Positions 35,914 to 45,375 are shown, counted from the first letter of the stretch. The stretch is DNA of 64,000 bases from Patescibacteria group bacterium (GCA_050949505.1 JBMNFV010000001.1:30284-94283), one strand, 5' to 3'. Numbers and translations are program-made. Notes: a model not told the origin generated them from the sequence alone.

Positions 35914-37281
35914 TTAATAAACTGTCTGTTGAACCTTGGCGGCTACTAAATTAATTAAATCTTTTAATTTATCTTCCGGATAATTAGGCGCTAAAGTAAT
36001 CATTTCTGCTAAAGCCTGCTCCGCAGAAATAACGTCTTTGCCGCGATACCAGCTTTTAGCAGTTAACAACTGACTAGCAAAGACTCCCAAGTCATCACTG
36101 GCCCGCTGGGCATTAATTAAGGATCGCAGCGCTGTTGGTTTATTGCTTTTCTCTAAATAGCTTCTAACATTATCCGCTTTAGCAATAAACTGCAAGAAGT
36201 CCCAAGCCTCATTAACATGCTCACTCTTTTTAGAGACTACCTCCACCCAATAATTAGCAATATTGATATTAGTTGGCGGATTGCCTTCTATCTGAGGCAA
36301 TTTAGCTAAGGAAAAGTTTAGTTTTGGCGCTTGAGACCTGATCGTTGGCAGGTCATAGGCATAGGAAAACATAATCGCTAAATTACCACTCATAAACATA
36401 TCTAAAGAGTTAGGCAGGTCTTCATTCCAAGCGTAAGACTCTTTGCCTGGATTAGCAAAGTCTGAATAAAAGCGTAGCGCATCTGCTCCCGGGCTAAGTG
36501 CTGACCCTCGAGCTGAAGTATGAAACAAGACTTGCCCACTATCACTCATCATCGTCGCTCCACTTTGAAGCATAAGGGCGGCCAGAATATCACTGGCCCG
36601 ATTAATATTATCCGCTCCCCCCAGTGCTACCCCTGACTGAACTATTTCTCTTTGCATATTCTGAATAGTCATTTCTTTTACCGCTTGAACAAATTCCTGA
36701 TTCCAATACTGGGGCACCTCACTAATCCCGGCCCGATTTAAAAGGTCACGATTATAGTACATCGCTAAAGTATCAACTGCTAAGGGTAGGCCATAAATTT
36801 TATCATCAATAATAACGTCATTGGCCACAACATCAACAAAGTTATCTCGCAAATCTTTAAGACTTAAACTTTGATAAGTTTGTAGTCTCGTCACTATTTC
36901 TTTCTTTAGAGTTCCCTCCTCAAATTGATAGGCCATGGTAATTGTTTTTGGCAAGGGGGCCAATTTAGTTTCATATTTTCTTAGCCAGGTATTTTGAATG
37001 GAGAAAATGTCTGGCCCACGGTCTTCGGCTAAAGCATCTAATAATTCTCGCTCAAATTCCTCATAACGAAGCTTGCGATATTTAATGGTCACATTAGGAT
37101 GTAGTTCATTGTATTTTTGAATTACTTCAGCAAAGGCATCTTGCCCATCAAAAACTCGCCAATAATTTAAAGTAATTGGCTCTATTGCTTGCTTAGTTTC
37201 CTTGCTTAAAGTTTTGCAGCCAAAACCAGCACTCAATACAAACACCGCTAATAAGCTTAAAATTATTATTTTATTTCGCAT
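35914..37281 (-). CDS. ABC-transporter extracellular solute-binding lipoprotein (sugar-type), orphan
   Basis: Lipobox LSAGFGC|K; 455 aa; family-1 SBP-like sequence features. No permease or ATPase genes are adjacent. Confidence 0.7.
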   Translation of the reverse strand: MRNKIIILSLLAVFVLSAGFGCKTLSKETKQAIEPITLNYWRVFDGQDAFAEVIQKYNELHPNVTIKYRKLRYEEFERELLDALAEDRGPDIFSIQNTWLRKYETKLAPLPKTITMAYQFEEGTLKKEIVTRLQTYQSLSLKDLRDNFVDVVANDVIIDDKIYGLPLAVDTLAMYYNRDLLNRAGISEVPQYWNQEFVQAVKEMTIQNMQREIVQSGVALGGADNINRASDILAALMLQSGATMMSDSGQVLFHTSARGSALSPGADALRFYSDFANPGKESYAWNEDLPNSLDMFMSGNLAIMFSYAYDLPTIRSQAPKLNFSLAKLPQIEGNPPTNINIANYWVEVVSKKSEHVNEAWDFLQFIAKADNVRSYLEKSNKPTALRSLINAQRASDDLGVFASQLLTAKSWYRGKDVISAEQALAEMITLAPNYPEDKLKDLINLVAAKVQQTVY

Positions 37282-37304
37282 ATTTTAATTATCTTGATAA
37301 CTGT

Positions 37305-37313
37305 ATTGTAGCA
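37305..37313 (-). promoter_or_regulatory. candidate extended -10 promoter (TGCTACAAT on minus strand)
   Basis: The reverse complement of attgtagca is TGCTACAAT, 23 nt upstream of the ATG at 37281. Confidence 0.45.
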
Positions 37314-37371
37314 AAATTCATTTAAAATTCCAACCTAATCCCCCTTCTAAGCACTCCCCTTCTAAAAACTC

Positions 37372-37410
37372 TGAGATAAAAATAAAGCCAACTAAATTAA
37401 ATTGGCTTTA
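37372..37410 (-). terminator. rho-independent terminator after smc
   Basis: Minus strand: AAAGCCAAtttaatttagTTGGCTTTatttttat, located 27 nt after the smc stop. Confidence 0.65.
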
Positions 37411-37436
37411 GCTTGTTAAATTTAACTAATTTCCCA

Positions 37437-40400
37437 CTAGGCCTGTTTTGACTGATTAATTAGCGCTTCAGTTTCCTCTAGTTTAACACTTAATAACTTG
37501 CTCACCCCGCTATCCTCCATGGTCACTCCGTATAAAATATTGGCCCGACGCATAGAAGCTCGATTATGAGTGATAATGATAAACTGGGTTTGATTAGATA
37601 GGTCATCTAAAATCTTAGCTAGTCGTTCAGAGTTAGCCTCATCTAAGGCAGCATCTACCTCATCTAAGACTACAAAGGGAGAAGGATTAGCACTAATAAT
37701 GGCACTAATTAAGGCAATAGCAGTTAGAGCACGCTCTCCTCCTGATAACATTGATACCGCCTGAATTTTTTTGCCTGGTGGAGTAGCCTGGATGTCTATC
37801 CCCGCCAAACCGACCGCATTGTGTTTTTTTAGATAACGAATTTTCTTAAGTGGCTCCGCTGAGTCATTTTCACCCGCTCGCTCTAGAACTCCTTCTTCCG
37901 CCTCCTTGCCCTCAGCTTCTAGGGTAATTTTAGAAATCTTAGCCGAGCCCCCCGAGAAAAGAATCTTAAAATATTGATCAAACTTTTCGGCGATCACTTT
38001 AAACTCCTTATCAAAGCGCTCTTTAATATTTAGATCTAACTTGTAGATAACTTCCTCTAAGGATTCTATCGTTTGTTGTAAGTCCGCCACTTGAGTGCTA
38101 AGAAAATCATATCGTTCCTTGGTTTCTTTAAATTCATTTTCGGCCTCTGGGTCAATTCCACCAATTTGCTCTAACTGGGCTCGTTGCTGGGTAATAGTTT
38201 TTTGCAGCAGACTTAAAGATAAGTCATTTTCTACCAAGCTCTGATGATTTCTAACCTCTCCCACACTAAGCTCATCATTTCTAATATTATTTTCTAGATC
38301 CTCTAACCTGGTTTCATATCGGGTTGATTCTATCTTAAGATTATTTAGCTCTCCCCCCAACTTATTTAACTGACTCTGCCAATCCTGCGCTGACTGTTGA
38401 TAAGCGAATAGTTGTTGTTTTTCTTGCTCTCTAGCTAATTCTAATTTAGTTAATTCCGCACTAATCTGACTAATTTGTTCGGTTAAACTACTAATTTGAT
38501 TGCTAACTGCCTTTCGCTCTCGCTCTATGTCCGCCAACTTAGGTTGTGATTGACTTTTACTAAGCTTAGCCTTTATCTCAGCTAGCTCTCGGCTAAGATT
38601 ATTTTTCTGATCAGTTAGTAAGCGTTGCTTCTCTTGACCACTCAAATTAGTCAACTGCACTTTGGCCAGCTCACTGGCTAATCTCTCTTTAGCTAAGGCT
38701 AATTCTTCAAAATTAAGCGTTCCTTCCAAGACGGCTTGCTGGCGATTTAGCTCAACTAACTTTTCTTGCCACTCCGCTTTTTCTTCATTAAGACTACTAG
38801 CAGTAAATTTTTGCTGAGCTTGGGTTAACTTCTTAACAATCCCTTCTAGTTCTAGTTTAATTTGACTCTCTTGATCAGTGAGCAAGCGCCAGCGCTCTTC
38901 TGTGCTAGCCTGTCGCAATCTCTCTTCGCTAATCTTCTCTTGAATCACTTGCTTGTCTTCATTGTTTTTAATGATCTCCGCTTGGATTTCCTTAACCTGA
39001 TTAGCTAAATTGTCATCTAAGCCAGCGATAATTTGCTTAGAGTCCTCTTTAAACTGTTGCCCCGCTAGCGCTATCTGTTGCTTAATTTTAAATAGATCTG
39101 TCTCTGCTTCAATTTCTTTTAATTTCAATAAAAACACCTCTATCAACTGCCCTAGCTTTTCGGCCCGATTAGCTGACTGTTGTGAAGATTTTAGTTCTTG
39201 ATTAATCTTTTGCCACGATTGATTAAGTTTATTTAATTTAGCCTGAACTACCGCTAGTTCTTCGTTAAGCAGGACTAACTGCTTATCCTCTTTTACCTCC
39301 GCTAATTTAAGCAACTCTTCTCGCTTTTGGCTCAACTGTTTGTTTAACTCTGCCTCTTTATTACTTAGCCAGGAGACATCAAACTCTCCTCGTAGCTCTA
39401 ACTTGGCCTCAATAACGGCCTCTAGTTTGGCTAGTTGTTTTTGACAGGCATTTTTATCTAGCTCCAACTGTCTTAAGCGCTGCCTAGTTTCATTCATAGC
39501 TGCTTCGGAGCTAGCTAACTCGCTTAGCTCTTGCTGAAGCTCTCGTTCCTTATCCTGAAGCGAACTTAGGTCTAATTGATTTAGGGAGATTACTATCTCT
39601 TGTTGTTCGACCTCCAATTCTCTCTGTTTATTGTTTAGCCAAGCGACATCAAATTGTCCTTGAGCCTCTAATCCTAATTCTAATTCCGCTTGAAGTTTAG
39701 CTAGCTGTTGTCGGCGCTGCTCTCGCTCAGCTTCCAGTGGTCGCAAGGCATTCTGCAGCTCATTAATTTTCTGAAAATTATCCGTAGTCTTTATCTTTTC
39801 TAACTGCTCATTAGCTTGGGCTAATTTTTTTTCTAAATCTAATTTATTTTTTTCCCAACCAAATGACTGATAGTTATTAGCTTCTAGTTTTTTATGAATT
39901 CCTTGAAAAACGTAGGCGTAATAGTCTAGCTGATGCTGGCGAAGGTCTTTAGCTAATTCTCCTCGTTTCTTTAGCTTATCTACTTGTCTAGTCAAGCTCC
40001 TTAGTCGTGGCTTAATTTCCGTTAACAGCATCTCTACCTGTTGCAAGTTCTCATAGCTTGACTCTAGGCGATTAAGGGCGGCATCCCGTTTAATTTGAAA
40101 CTGCTTAACCCCAGTGGCCTCATCAAAAAAATCTTTTCGCTCAGCCGCTGAGGTATTTAAAAAGCTTTCTACCATGCCCTGGCCAATGACGCTATAGGTT
40201 TTCTGACCAAAATTAGCCTTAGCTAACATCATCTGAATGTCCGCTAAGCGCACTCGGCTATTGTTTATTAAATACTCGCTCTCTCCACTCCGATAAATTC
40301 GTCTAGTAATTACGATCTCTGGGCAACTTAAGATTAATTGATTTAAGTCCTCCTCTTTTTCCACCTTGTCAGGAAACTCGGCCGAAGACTTGGCTCTCGC

Positions 40401-40682
40401 GGAATTATTTAAATACAATGATACCTCGGCCATGCCCAGCTGTCCTTTTTTATCAGAGCCAGAGAAGATCACATCCTCACTTTTTTTGCCTCTAATTGTT
40501 TTTAGGCTTTGCTCACCTAGTGCCCAACGGACTGCATCGGCGACATTAGACTTTCCTGAACCATTGGGTCCGACGATCGCCGTCAAGCCTCGCTTTTGGT
40601 CGGCCCGGATTCCAGAGAATATTAATTTATTTTTATTCGCAAAAGATTTAAAGCCCTGAATCTCCAATTTTTCTAAATACAT
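37437..40682 (-). CDS. smc: SMC-family chromosome segregation ATPase (no recognisable hinge)
   Basis: N-terminus MYLEKLEIQGFKSFANK..GPNGSGKSN (Walker A). C-terminus LSGGERALTAIALI (signature) and VLDEVDAALD (Walker B). About 800 aa of coiled coil lie between them. Confidence 0.88.
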   Translation of the reverse strand: MYLEKLEIQGFKSFANKNKLIFSGIRADQKRGLTAIVGPNGSGKSNVADAVRWALGEQSLKTIRGKKSEDVIFSGSDKKGQLGMAEVSLYLNNSARAKSSAEFPDKVEKEEDLNQLILSCPEIVITRRIYRSGESEYLINNSRVRLADIQMMLAKANFGQKTYSVIGQGMVESFLNTSAAERKDFFDEATGVKQFQIKRDAALNRLESSYENLQQVEMLLTEIKPRLRSLTRQVDKLKKRGELAKDLRQHQLDYYAYVFQGIHKKLEANNYQSFGWEKNKLDLEKKLAQANEQLEKIKTTDNFQKINELQNALRPLEAEREQRRQQLAKLQAELELGLEAQGQFDVAWLNNKQRELEVEQQEIVISLNQLDLSSLQDKERELQQELSELASSEAAMNETRQRLRQLELDKNACQKQLAKLEAVIEAKLELRGEFDVSWLSNKEAELNKQLSQKREELLKLAEVKEDKQLVLLNEELAVVQAKLNKLNQSWQKINQELKSSQQSANRAEKLGQLIEVFLLKLKEIEAETDLFKIKQQIALAGQQFKEDSKQIIAGLDDNLANQVKEIQAEIIKNNEDKQVIQEKISEERLRQASTEERWRLLTDQESQIKLELEGIVKKLTQAQQKFTASSLNEEKAEWQEKLVELNRQQAVLEGTLNFEELALAKERLASELAKVQLTNLSGQEKQRLLTDQKNNLSRELAEIKAKLSKSQSQPKLADIERERKAVSNQISSLTEQISQISAELTKLELAREQEKQQLFAYQQSAQDWQSQLNKLGGELNNLKIESTRYETRLEDLENNIRNDELSVGEVRNHQSLVENDLSLSLLQKTITQQRAQLEQIGGIDPEAENEFKETKERYDFLSTQVADLQQTIESLEEVIYKLDLNIKERFDKEFKVIAEKFDQYFKILFSGGSAKISKITLEAEGKEAEEGVLERAGENDSAEPLKKIRYLKKHNAVGLAGIDIQATPPGKKIQAVSMLSGGERALTAIALISAIISANPSPFVVLDEVDAALDEANSERLAKILDDLSNQTQFIIITHNRASMRRANILYGVTMEDSGVSKLLSVKLEETEALINQSKQA

Positions 40683-40779
40683 AATTTAAGAACTAGAGTA
40701 ATAAAAATCTTAATTTCCTTTTTTACAATTTTTGTCTATAATAATAATAAAGGATTATATTTAAAATGACAAATAGCTT

Positions 40780-41358
40780 ATGATTATCTCGCTAAGTGGC
40801 TCGCCTGGTTCAGGTAAAAGCACCATTGCTCAAATGTTAGTTGAAAAACTAGGTTGGCCCCGCTATTACATCGGACGCTTACGACGAGAGGCCGCTAGAC
40901 AACAAGGCCTGACTTTGGCTCAGTATAATAAACTGGGAGAAACTGACCCCAGTACTGACCGTTTAGTTGATGACTATCAGATAGAGTTAGGAAAAACTAA
41001 AGACAACTTTGTAATTGAAGGTCGCACCTCTTGGTATTTTATTCCCCATTCTTTTAAAATCTTTCTCGCTGTTAGTGAAGATGAAGGAGCTAAGCGAATA
41101 TTTCTTAGCCTGCAAAACAAGCACACTAAAACTAGTCGTAACGAGGACACTAATCTAAGTAGCTGGGAAGCGGTTAGGGAAAGTAATCGGCAGCGAGTCG
41201 CTAGTGATCAATTGCGTTATCAAAACTATTACCAAATAGATATAACCAATCCTGATAACTATGACCTCTACTTAGATACCACCAACTTAACTCGCGCCGA
41301 GGTCTTGGCCGCTGTCTGGGAGGCCGTTCAAGCCGCCCTTGACAAAGAGAAAAATTAA
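40780..41358 (+). CDS. P-loop nucleotide kinase, cytidylate-kinase-like
   Basis: MIISLSGSPGSGKSTIAQMLVEKLGW (Walker A at the extreme N-terminus); 192 aa. Confidence 0.6.
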   Translation: MIISLSGSPGSGKSTIAQMLVEKLGWPRYYIGRLRREAARQQGLTLAQYNKLGETDPSTDRLVDDYQIELGKTKDNFVIEGRTSWYFIPHSFKIFLAVSEDEGAKRIFLSLQNKHTKTSRNEDTNLSSWEAVRESNRQRVASDQLRYQNYYQIDITNPDNYDLYLDTTNLTRAEVLAAVWEAVQAALDKEKN

Positions 41359-41429
41359 TTATAATATTAGACAAGATTTCCCTTTAATAAGTAAGTAACT
41401 AGGACTAAGTCCGCTTAGTAGATAATTAT

Positions 41430-41756
41430 ATGGTTGAGACAAAACAAGAATTAAAACCTGGCCTAACCGTCAGAGTTTATCAAAAAATTAAAGAATTAAA
41501 CTCCAAAGGTGAAGAAAAGGAGCGAATTCAGTATTTTGAAGGAATAATTATTGCCCGCAAGCATAATAATGAGGTTGGCGCGACAATTACTGTTCGCAAA
41601 ATTTCTGATGGTATTGGCGTAGAGAAAATTTTTCCCCTTAATTTACCAACTATCACCAAGATTGAGATCAAGAAAGAGGCTAAAACTAGACGAGCTAAGC
41701 TTTACTTCTTGCGTGACGGTTATAAAAAGAAGTTAAAAGAGAGAGTCGTTAAATAA
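41430..41756 (+). CDS. rplS: 50S ribosomal protein L19
   Basis: RVYQKIKE..ERIQYFEGIIIARKH..GATITVRKIS.GIGVEKIFPLN.P.I.KIEI..RRAKLYFLR. Confidence 0.9.
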   Translation: MVETKQELKPGLTVRVYQKIKELNSKGEEKERIQYFEGIIIARKHNNEVGATITVRKISDGIGVEKIFPLNLPTITKIEIKKEAKTRRAKLYFLRDGYKKKLKERVVK

Positions 41757-41773
41757 AGCGACTTTTTCATTTT

Positions 41774-41860
41774 GGGCGAGTGGTGGAATTGGTAGACACG
41801 CAAGCATGAGGGGCTTGTGGCCGCAAGGCCGTGGAGGTTCAAGTCCTCTTTCGCCCACCA
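41774..41860 (+). tRNA. tRNA-Leu (GAG), type II, CCA encoded
   Basis: Cloverleaf: acceptor GGGCGAG/TTCGCCC, anticodon stem CAAGC/GCTTG with loop AT-GAG-GG, long variable arm GGCCGCAAGGCC, T-arm GGAGG-TTCAAGT-CCTCT, then ACCA. Confidence 0.9.
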
Positions 41861-41878
41861 CTTATCCGTTTATTTTAA

Positions 41879-41955
41879 GGGCGCATAGCTCAGCTGGTTA
41901 GAGTGCTTCGTTTACACCGAAGAGGTCCAAGGTTCGAATCCTTGTGCGCCCACCA
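41879..41955 (+). tRNA. tRNA-Val (TAC), CCA encoded
   Basis: Acceptor GGGCGCA/TGCGCCC, D-arm GCTC-AGCTGGTTA-GAGT, anticodon stem CTTCG/CGAAG with loop TT-TAC-AC, T-arm CAAGG-TTCGAAT-CCTTG, then ACCA. Confidence 0.92.
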
Positions 41956-41956
41956 A

Positions 41957-41980
41957 AAACAGATGATTCTGTTTTTTTTA
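41957..41980 (+). terminator. rho-independent terminator after tRNA-Val
   Basis: AACAGAtgatTCTGTTtttttt. Confidence 0.7.
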
Positions 41981-42042
41981 TTGCTCAACTGATTAGCTTA
42001 AAAGGTCGCTTTCCTTTATAATGGTAGAGAAGAGTAAGTCTT

Positions 42043-42396
42043 ATGTATATTACTAATCACAACCAATATATTCCTGAATGTCCTCGCTGTCTGCCTACTC
42101 CTGTTAGTCATGACTATGACTCACTGCTACTGACTGGCCAATTAAATATCTTGGCCATTATTTTACTTTTTTTTGGCTTAGTATTATTTTTAATCCAAAA
42201 AAGAGTAATTTTAAAGAAATTATTCCGCCGCCGACAACGAGCCTTAAGAATAATCAGTCTTAGCTGTTGGCTAGTGATAATTTTAGCAATCTTTTATTTA
42301 CTAAACTTCCGTTATCAAACCTTGAATATTTTAGAATCGTCTAATGACCTATTGTTTGTTATCAAGTTCTGGCCGCTATCTTTCATTCCTTTGTAA
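42043..42396 (+). CDS. hypothetical membrane protein (117 aa)
   Basis: N-terminal CPRC motif, then two or three TM helices. No known family recognised. Confidence 0.4.
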   Translation: MYITNHNQYIPECPRCLPTPVSHDYDSLLLTGQLNILAIILLFFGLVLFLIQKRVILKKLFRRRQRALRIISLSCWLVIILAIFYLLNFRYQTLNILESSNDLLFVIKFWPLSFIPL

Positions 42397-42429
42397 ATTA
42401 CTCCCATTAAATAATTTTTATTTTTATTT

Positions 42430-43677
42430 ATGATTAAAAAAATCAGACGGATTTTTTATAACTTTCGTAAAAATTTTGTTAGCAAAAATTTAACCAAAAA
42501 CTTTCGGATGATTTTTTTTGGACGTTTGGCTATTAAGTCGGTCACTCACCTAATGGGCTTATTCTTGCCCATCTTTTTGTATAGCTTTTTTAAGCTTAGC
42601 TTGCCTCTAGTTATTTTATACTACCTATCAATTGAGGTAATTTATGCCCTACTGCTTATTCCTGGTTGTAAAAATATCATGAATCGCTTTGGGATAAAAA
42701 AGTCTTTGCAAATTAGTACTTTTTTTGGCATCGCTTATTACTTCGCTTTTTTCTTAATCAATCACTACTCCGCTAATCGGGAGATACTTTCCGAACTTAA
42801 TCAGTGGTGGTGGATAATGCCGACCGTTATTTTAGGAATAATTTTTCGCCTGACCCACTGGATTCCTTTTCACACCAATCTAGCTAAATTAACGGAAAAA
42901 AATGTTCGCGCTAGCCAAATTAGTTTAATTGAAGCCACTACCATGGCCCTAGGAGCGATCATTCCTCTAATCTCGGGAATAATTCTTAGCTACTTCGGTT
43001 ATGATATTTTATTCTTATTAGCCGCCGCCATCTACCTTGTTTCTTTAATCCCCTACAGCCTACTCCCTGAGGTTAAAGAAAAGTTTACCTGGAGCTGGAA
43101 AGAGACTTGGCAAAAATTCTCTTCTAAAAAAATGCGCCCCATTATTGTTGCTTATGCTGGTGACGGGGCAGAAAGTGTTGCTGGTTCAATTATCTGGCCT
43201 ATCTTTATTTGGGAACTTTTAAGCGGTAATTATTTTCAAATTGGTGCCTTGTCATCTTTAATTATTGTTGTAACTATTACCCTTCAACTAACCTTCGGAG
43301 CAATCCTAAACCGGCCCGGTCGCAAGCAGAAATATCTTCGCTACGGTGCTGCTTTTTACGCCCTCGGTTGGATTTTTAAAGCCTTGATTAACAGTGCCTT
43401 CCATGTTTTCCTCTTTTCTACTTATCATAATTTTAGTAAAATATTCTCTCACACCTCCTTTGACTCCTTAAATTATGATATCGCTGCGGATCAGGGGCAT
43501 TATGTAGATGAGTATACCGTTTTAAGAGAGCTAGCTGTTTTACTAGGCAAGACAGTAATGTCCATTCTGGTTCTTATTCTATTCCCCTATTTCTCTCTGC
43601 AGCACCTCTTTGTCTTAGCCGCTCTTAGTTCTTTGTCTATTGCCTTCCTAAAAAAAGGAATTAGTTTAACTCTATGA
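42430..43677 (+). CDS. polytopic membrane protein, MFS-transporter-like
   Basis: About 12 hydrophobic helices across 415 aa. The assignment rests on topology only. Confidence 0.5.
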   Translation: MIKKIRRIFYNFRKNFVSKNLTKNFRMIFFGRLAIKSVTHLMGLFLPIFLYSFFKLSLPLVILYYLSIEVIYALLLIPGCKNIMNRFGIKKSLQISTFFGIAYYFAFFLINHYSANREILSELNQWWWIMPTVILGIIFRLTHWIPFHTNLAKLTEKNVRASQISLIEATTMALGAIIPLISGIILSYFGYDILFLLAAAIYLVSLIPYSLLPEVKEKFTWSWKETWQKFSSKKMRPIIVAYAGDGAESVAGSIIWPIFIWELLSGNYFQIGALSSLIIVVTITLQLTFGAILNRPGRKQKYLRYGAAFYALGWIFKALINSAFHVFLFSTYHNFSKIFSHTSFDSLNYDIAADQGHYVDEYTVLRELAVLLGKTVMSILVLILFPYFSLQHLFVLAALSSLSIAFLKKGISLTL

Positions 43678-44135
43678 CTAGCAAGGTCGCAAAAAAAATT
43701 ATCAGTCAATCTGAGCAAGCCACCTGGCAAGAAGGGTTTTTACTAGCTCAAAAGCTAGTCTCCGGCGAGACCTTAGCCTTACAGGGCAATCTAGGGGCTG
43801 GCAAGACTAAATTTCTTCAAGGCCTAGCCTCTGGCTTAGGCGTGGTAGATATTGTTAATAGTCCGACCTTTAATATTCTGAAGCTTTATCCCGTTGTTAA
43901 TAATGCTCAGGTTGATCATTTCTGCCACATTGATGCTTATCGTCTCAATTCTGAAGAAGATTTAATTAGCCTAGGGGTTGAGGAGTTTTTAGCAGATCCA
44001 AAAACCATCGTCGCAGTTGAGTGGGCAGAGAAGATTGATAATCTTTGGCCTAAGAACACTTTAGACATCTCTCTTAAAGTCTTAACTGAGAACGACCGGG
44101 AAATAATTATCAAAAAACGACCCCCGTCTAACTAA
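43674..44135 (+). CDS. tsaE: tRNA threonylcarbamoyladenosine biosynthesis protein TsaE
   Basis: LQGNLGAGKTKFLQGLASGLGV..VNSPTFNILKLY. ATGA overlap with the upstream gene. Confidence 0.85.
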   Translation: MTSKVAKKIISQSEQATWQEGFLLAQKLVSGETLALQGNLGAGKTKFLQGLASGLGVVDIVNSPTFNILKLYPVVNNAQVDHFCHIDAYRLNSEEDLISLGVEEFLADPKTIVAVEWAEKIDNLWPKNTLDISLKVLTENDREIIIKKRPPSN

Positions 44136-44178
44136 GGTCGTCAACTTAAGGGTTTATTAAGTTTTACAAAATCCAGGC

Positions 44179-44679
44179 CTAACCTGGCTTTTTGTTTAAG
44201 CTTATTAAGCTAATTATTACTCCTACAAAAATGCCTACATCAGCTAGATTAAAAATAGTGAAATGTTTTAGATAGAAATAATCAATCACAAAGCCATAAA
44301 CTAAGCGGTCTAAATAGTTACTAACTGCTCCTAAGAGCAATAGACTACAGCCGATTATCTGCCAAGGACTTTGCTTTGTTTTAATAATCTTTCCGGTATA
44401 AACTAACAAGCCTAAAATGATTATCGTTAGAACAAAATTAAGCCCCCTGCCACCTAGAGGTAAAGAGAAGGCTATATTGTAATTGCCGGTGAAGGTAAAA
44501 GAAAAATAGTCGCCAAGCAACTGATGACTAGAGTTAGAAAAATTATTAAGCGCTAATTGCTTTAATAGGCGATCGATAATAAAAAATATAGCTACAAAAA
44601 AACCAGTAGCTATATTTTTATAATTCTTATTTATTCTAAGTCTATCCATTGCCTTGTAACTCAGTTTTGCAGGCCACAC
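44179..44679 (-). CDS. lspA: lipoprotein signal peptidase (signal peptidase II)
   Basis: GNYNIAFSLP, NYLDRLVYGFVIDYF and FNLADVGI motifs; four TM helices. The true start may be the internal Met (MDRLRINK). Confidence 0.85.
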   Translation of the reverse strand: MWPAKLSYKAMDRLRINKNYKNIATGFFVAIFFIIDRLLKQLALNNFSNSSHQLLGDYFSFTFTGNYNIAFSLPLGGRGLNFVLTIIILGLLVYTGKIIKTKQSPWQIIGCSLLLLGAVSNYLDRLVYGFVIDYFYLKHFTIFNLADVGIFVGVIISLISLNKKPG

Positions 44680-45016
44680 AAGAGCTAGCAGTTGGCCTAG
44701 CTAATAGTCTTTTTTCTGGAATCGGGTTGCCACAATACTTACAAATACCATAAGTCCCATCTTTAATTCTTTGTAAAGCCGCTTCTACATCTTCTAGGCT
44801 TTTCTCTAAAACCTTTTCAGCAGCAATCGTCGTTGAATAGTCAGCTATTTCTTGAGCATTCTCATCAGGCTTGTCTCCATACTCCGGGAACTTGGCTGAC
44901 ATATTATCATTTTCGTGATCATCGGGCTGTGATAATTCTCCCAAATCACTTAATAAGCGTTGTTTCTGAGCTAACAGAGTCTTTTCTATTTCGCCCAGTT
45001 CTTTTTCGTTTAACAT
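44642..45016 (-). CDS. DksA/TraR-family C4 zinc-finger protein
   Basis: Coiled-coil N-terminus, then CKYCGNPIPEKRLLARPTASSCVACK. Confidence 0.75.
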   Translation of the reverse strand: MLNEKELGEIEKTLLAQKQRLLSDLGELSQPDDHENDNMSAKFPEYGDKPDENAQEIADYSTTIAAEKVLEKSLEDVEAALQRIKDGTYGICKYCGNPIPEKRLLARPTASSCVACKTELQGNG

Positions 45017-45188
45017 ATTTCTTGATTTAACTAAATTAAAGAAGCCTAGTAGCTCCTTATTTTTCTATCTTTAGTATAGCTGATTATCTCTTTTAAATCA
45101 AGATTAATTTGCTTTTTTCTTTAATTTTATTTAACTATTTTTTTATCAATTTTACTTAGTTTTTTCTCTGATTATTTTACTAAAATCT

Positions 45189-45217
45189 TTGACAAGCTAG
45201 AATCTATTTGCTATTAT
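45189..45217 (+). promoter_or_regulatory. near-consensus sigma70 promoter TTGACA-N17-TATTAT for tRNA-Asp
   Basis: TTGACA at 45189..45194, a 17-nt spacer, TATTAT at 45212..45217. The tRNA starts 15 nt downstream. Confidence 0.7.
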
Positions 45218-45231
45218 TTCTCTACTGTTCT

Positions 45232-45305
45232 GGAGCGGTAGTTCAGTTGGTTAGAATGCCTGCCTGTCACGCAGGAGGTCGCGGGTTCGAGTCCCGTCCG
45301 TTCCG
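45232..45305 (+). tRNA. tRNA-Asp (GTC), CCA not encoded
   Basis: Acceptor GGAGCGG/CCGTTCC, anticodon stem CCTGC/GCAGG with loop CT-GTC-AC, T-arm GCGGG-TTCGAGT-CCCGT, discriminator G, followed by CAC. Confidence 0.92.
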
Positions 45306-45375
45306 CACTATCTCTTTAAAGTAGGACCCTTAGGGTTCTATTTTATTTATCTAAACGACTTAATAAGTTGTTAAC

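Noticed and set aside
43675-43677. An alternative genetic code (UGA as a sense codon, as in some CPR lineages).
   Set aside because: TGA clearly terminates conserved genes at their expected lengths (for example the ATGA overlap 43674..43677). No housekeeping ORF is broken by in-frame TGA.
44150-44178. Hairpin CCAGG-cctaa-CCTGG after tsaE, considered as a terminator.
   Set aside because: The stem is only 5 bp and partly overlaps the lspA stop region. It is too weak to call.
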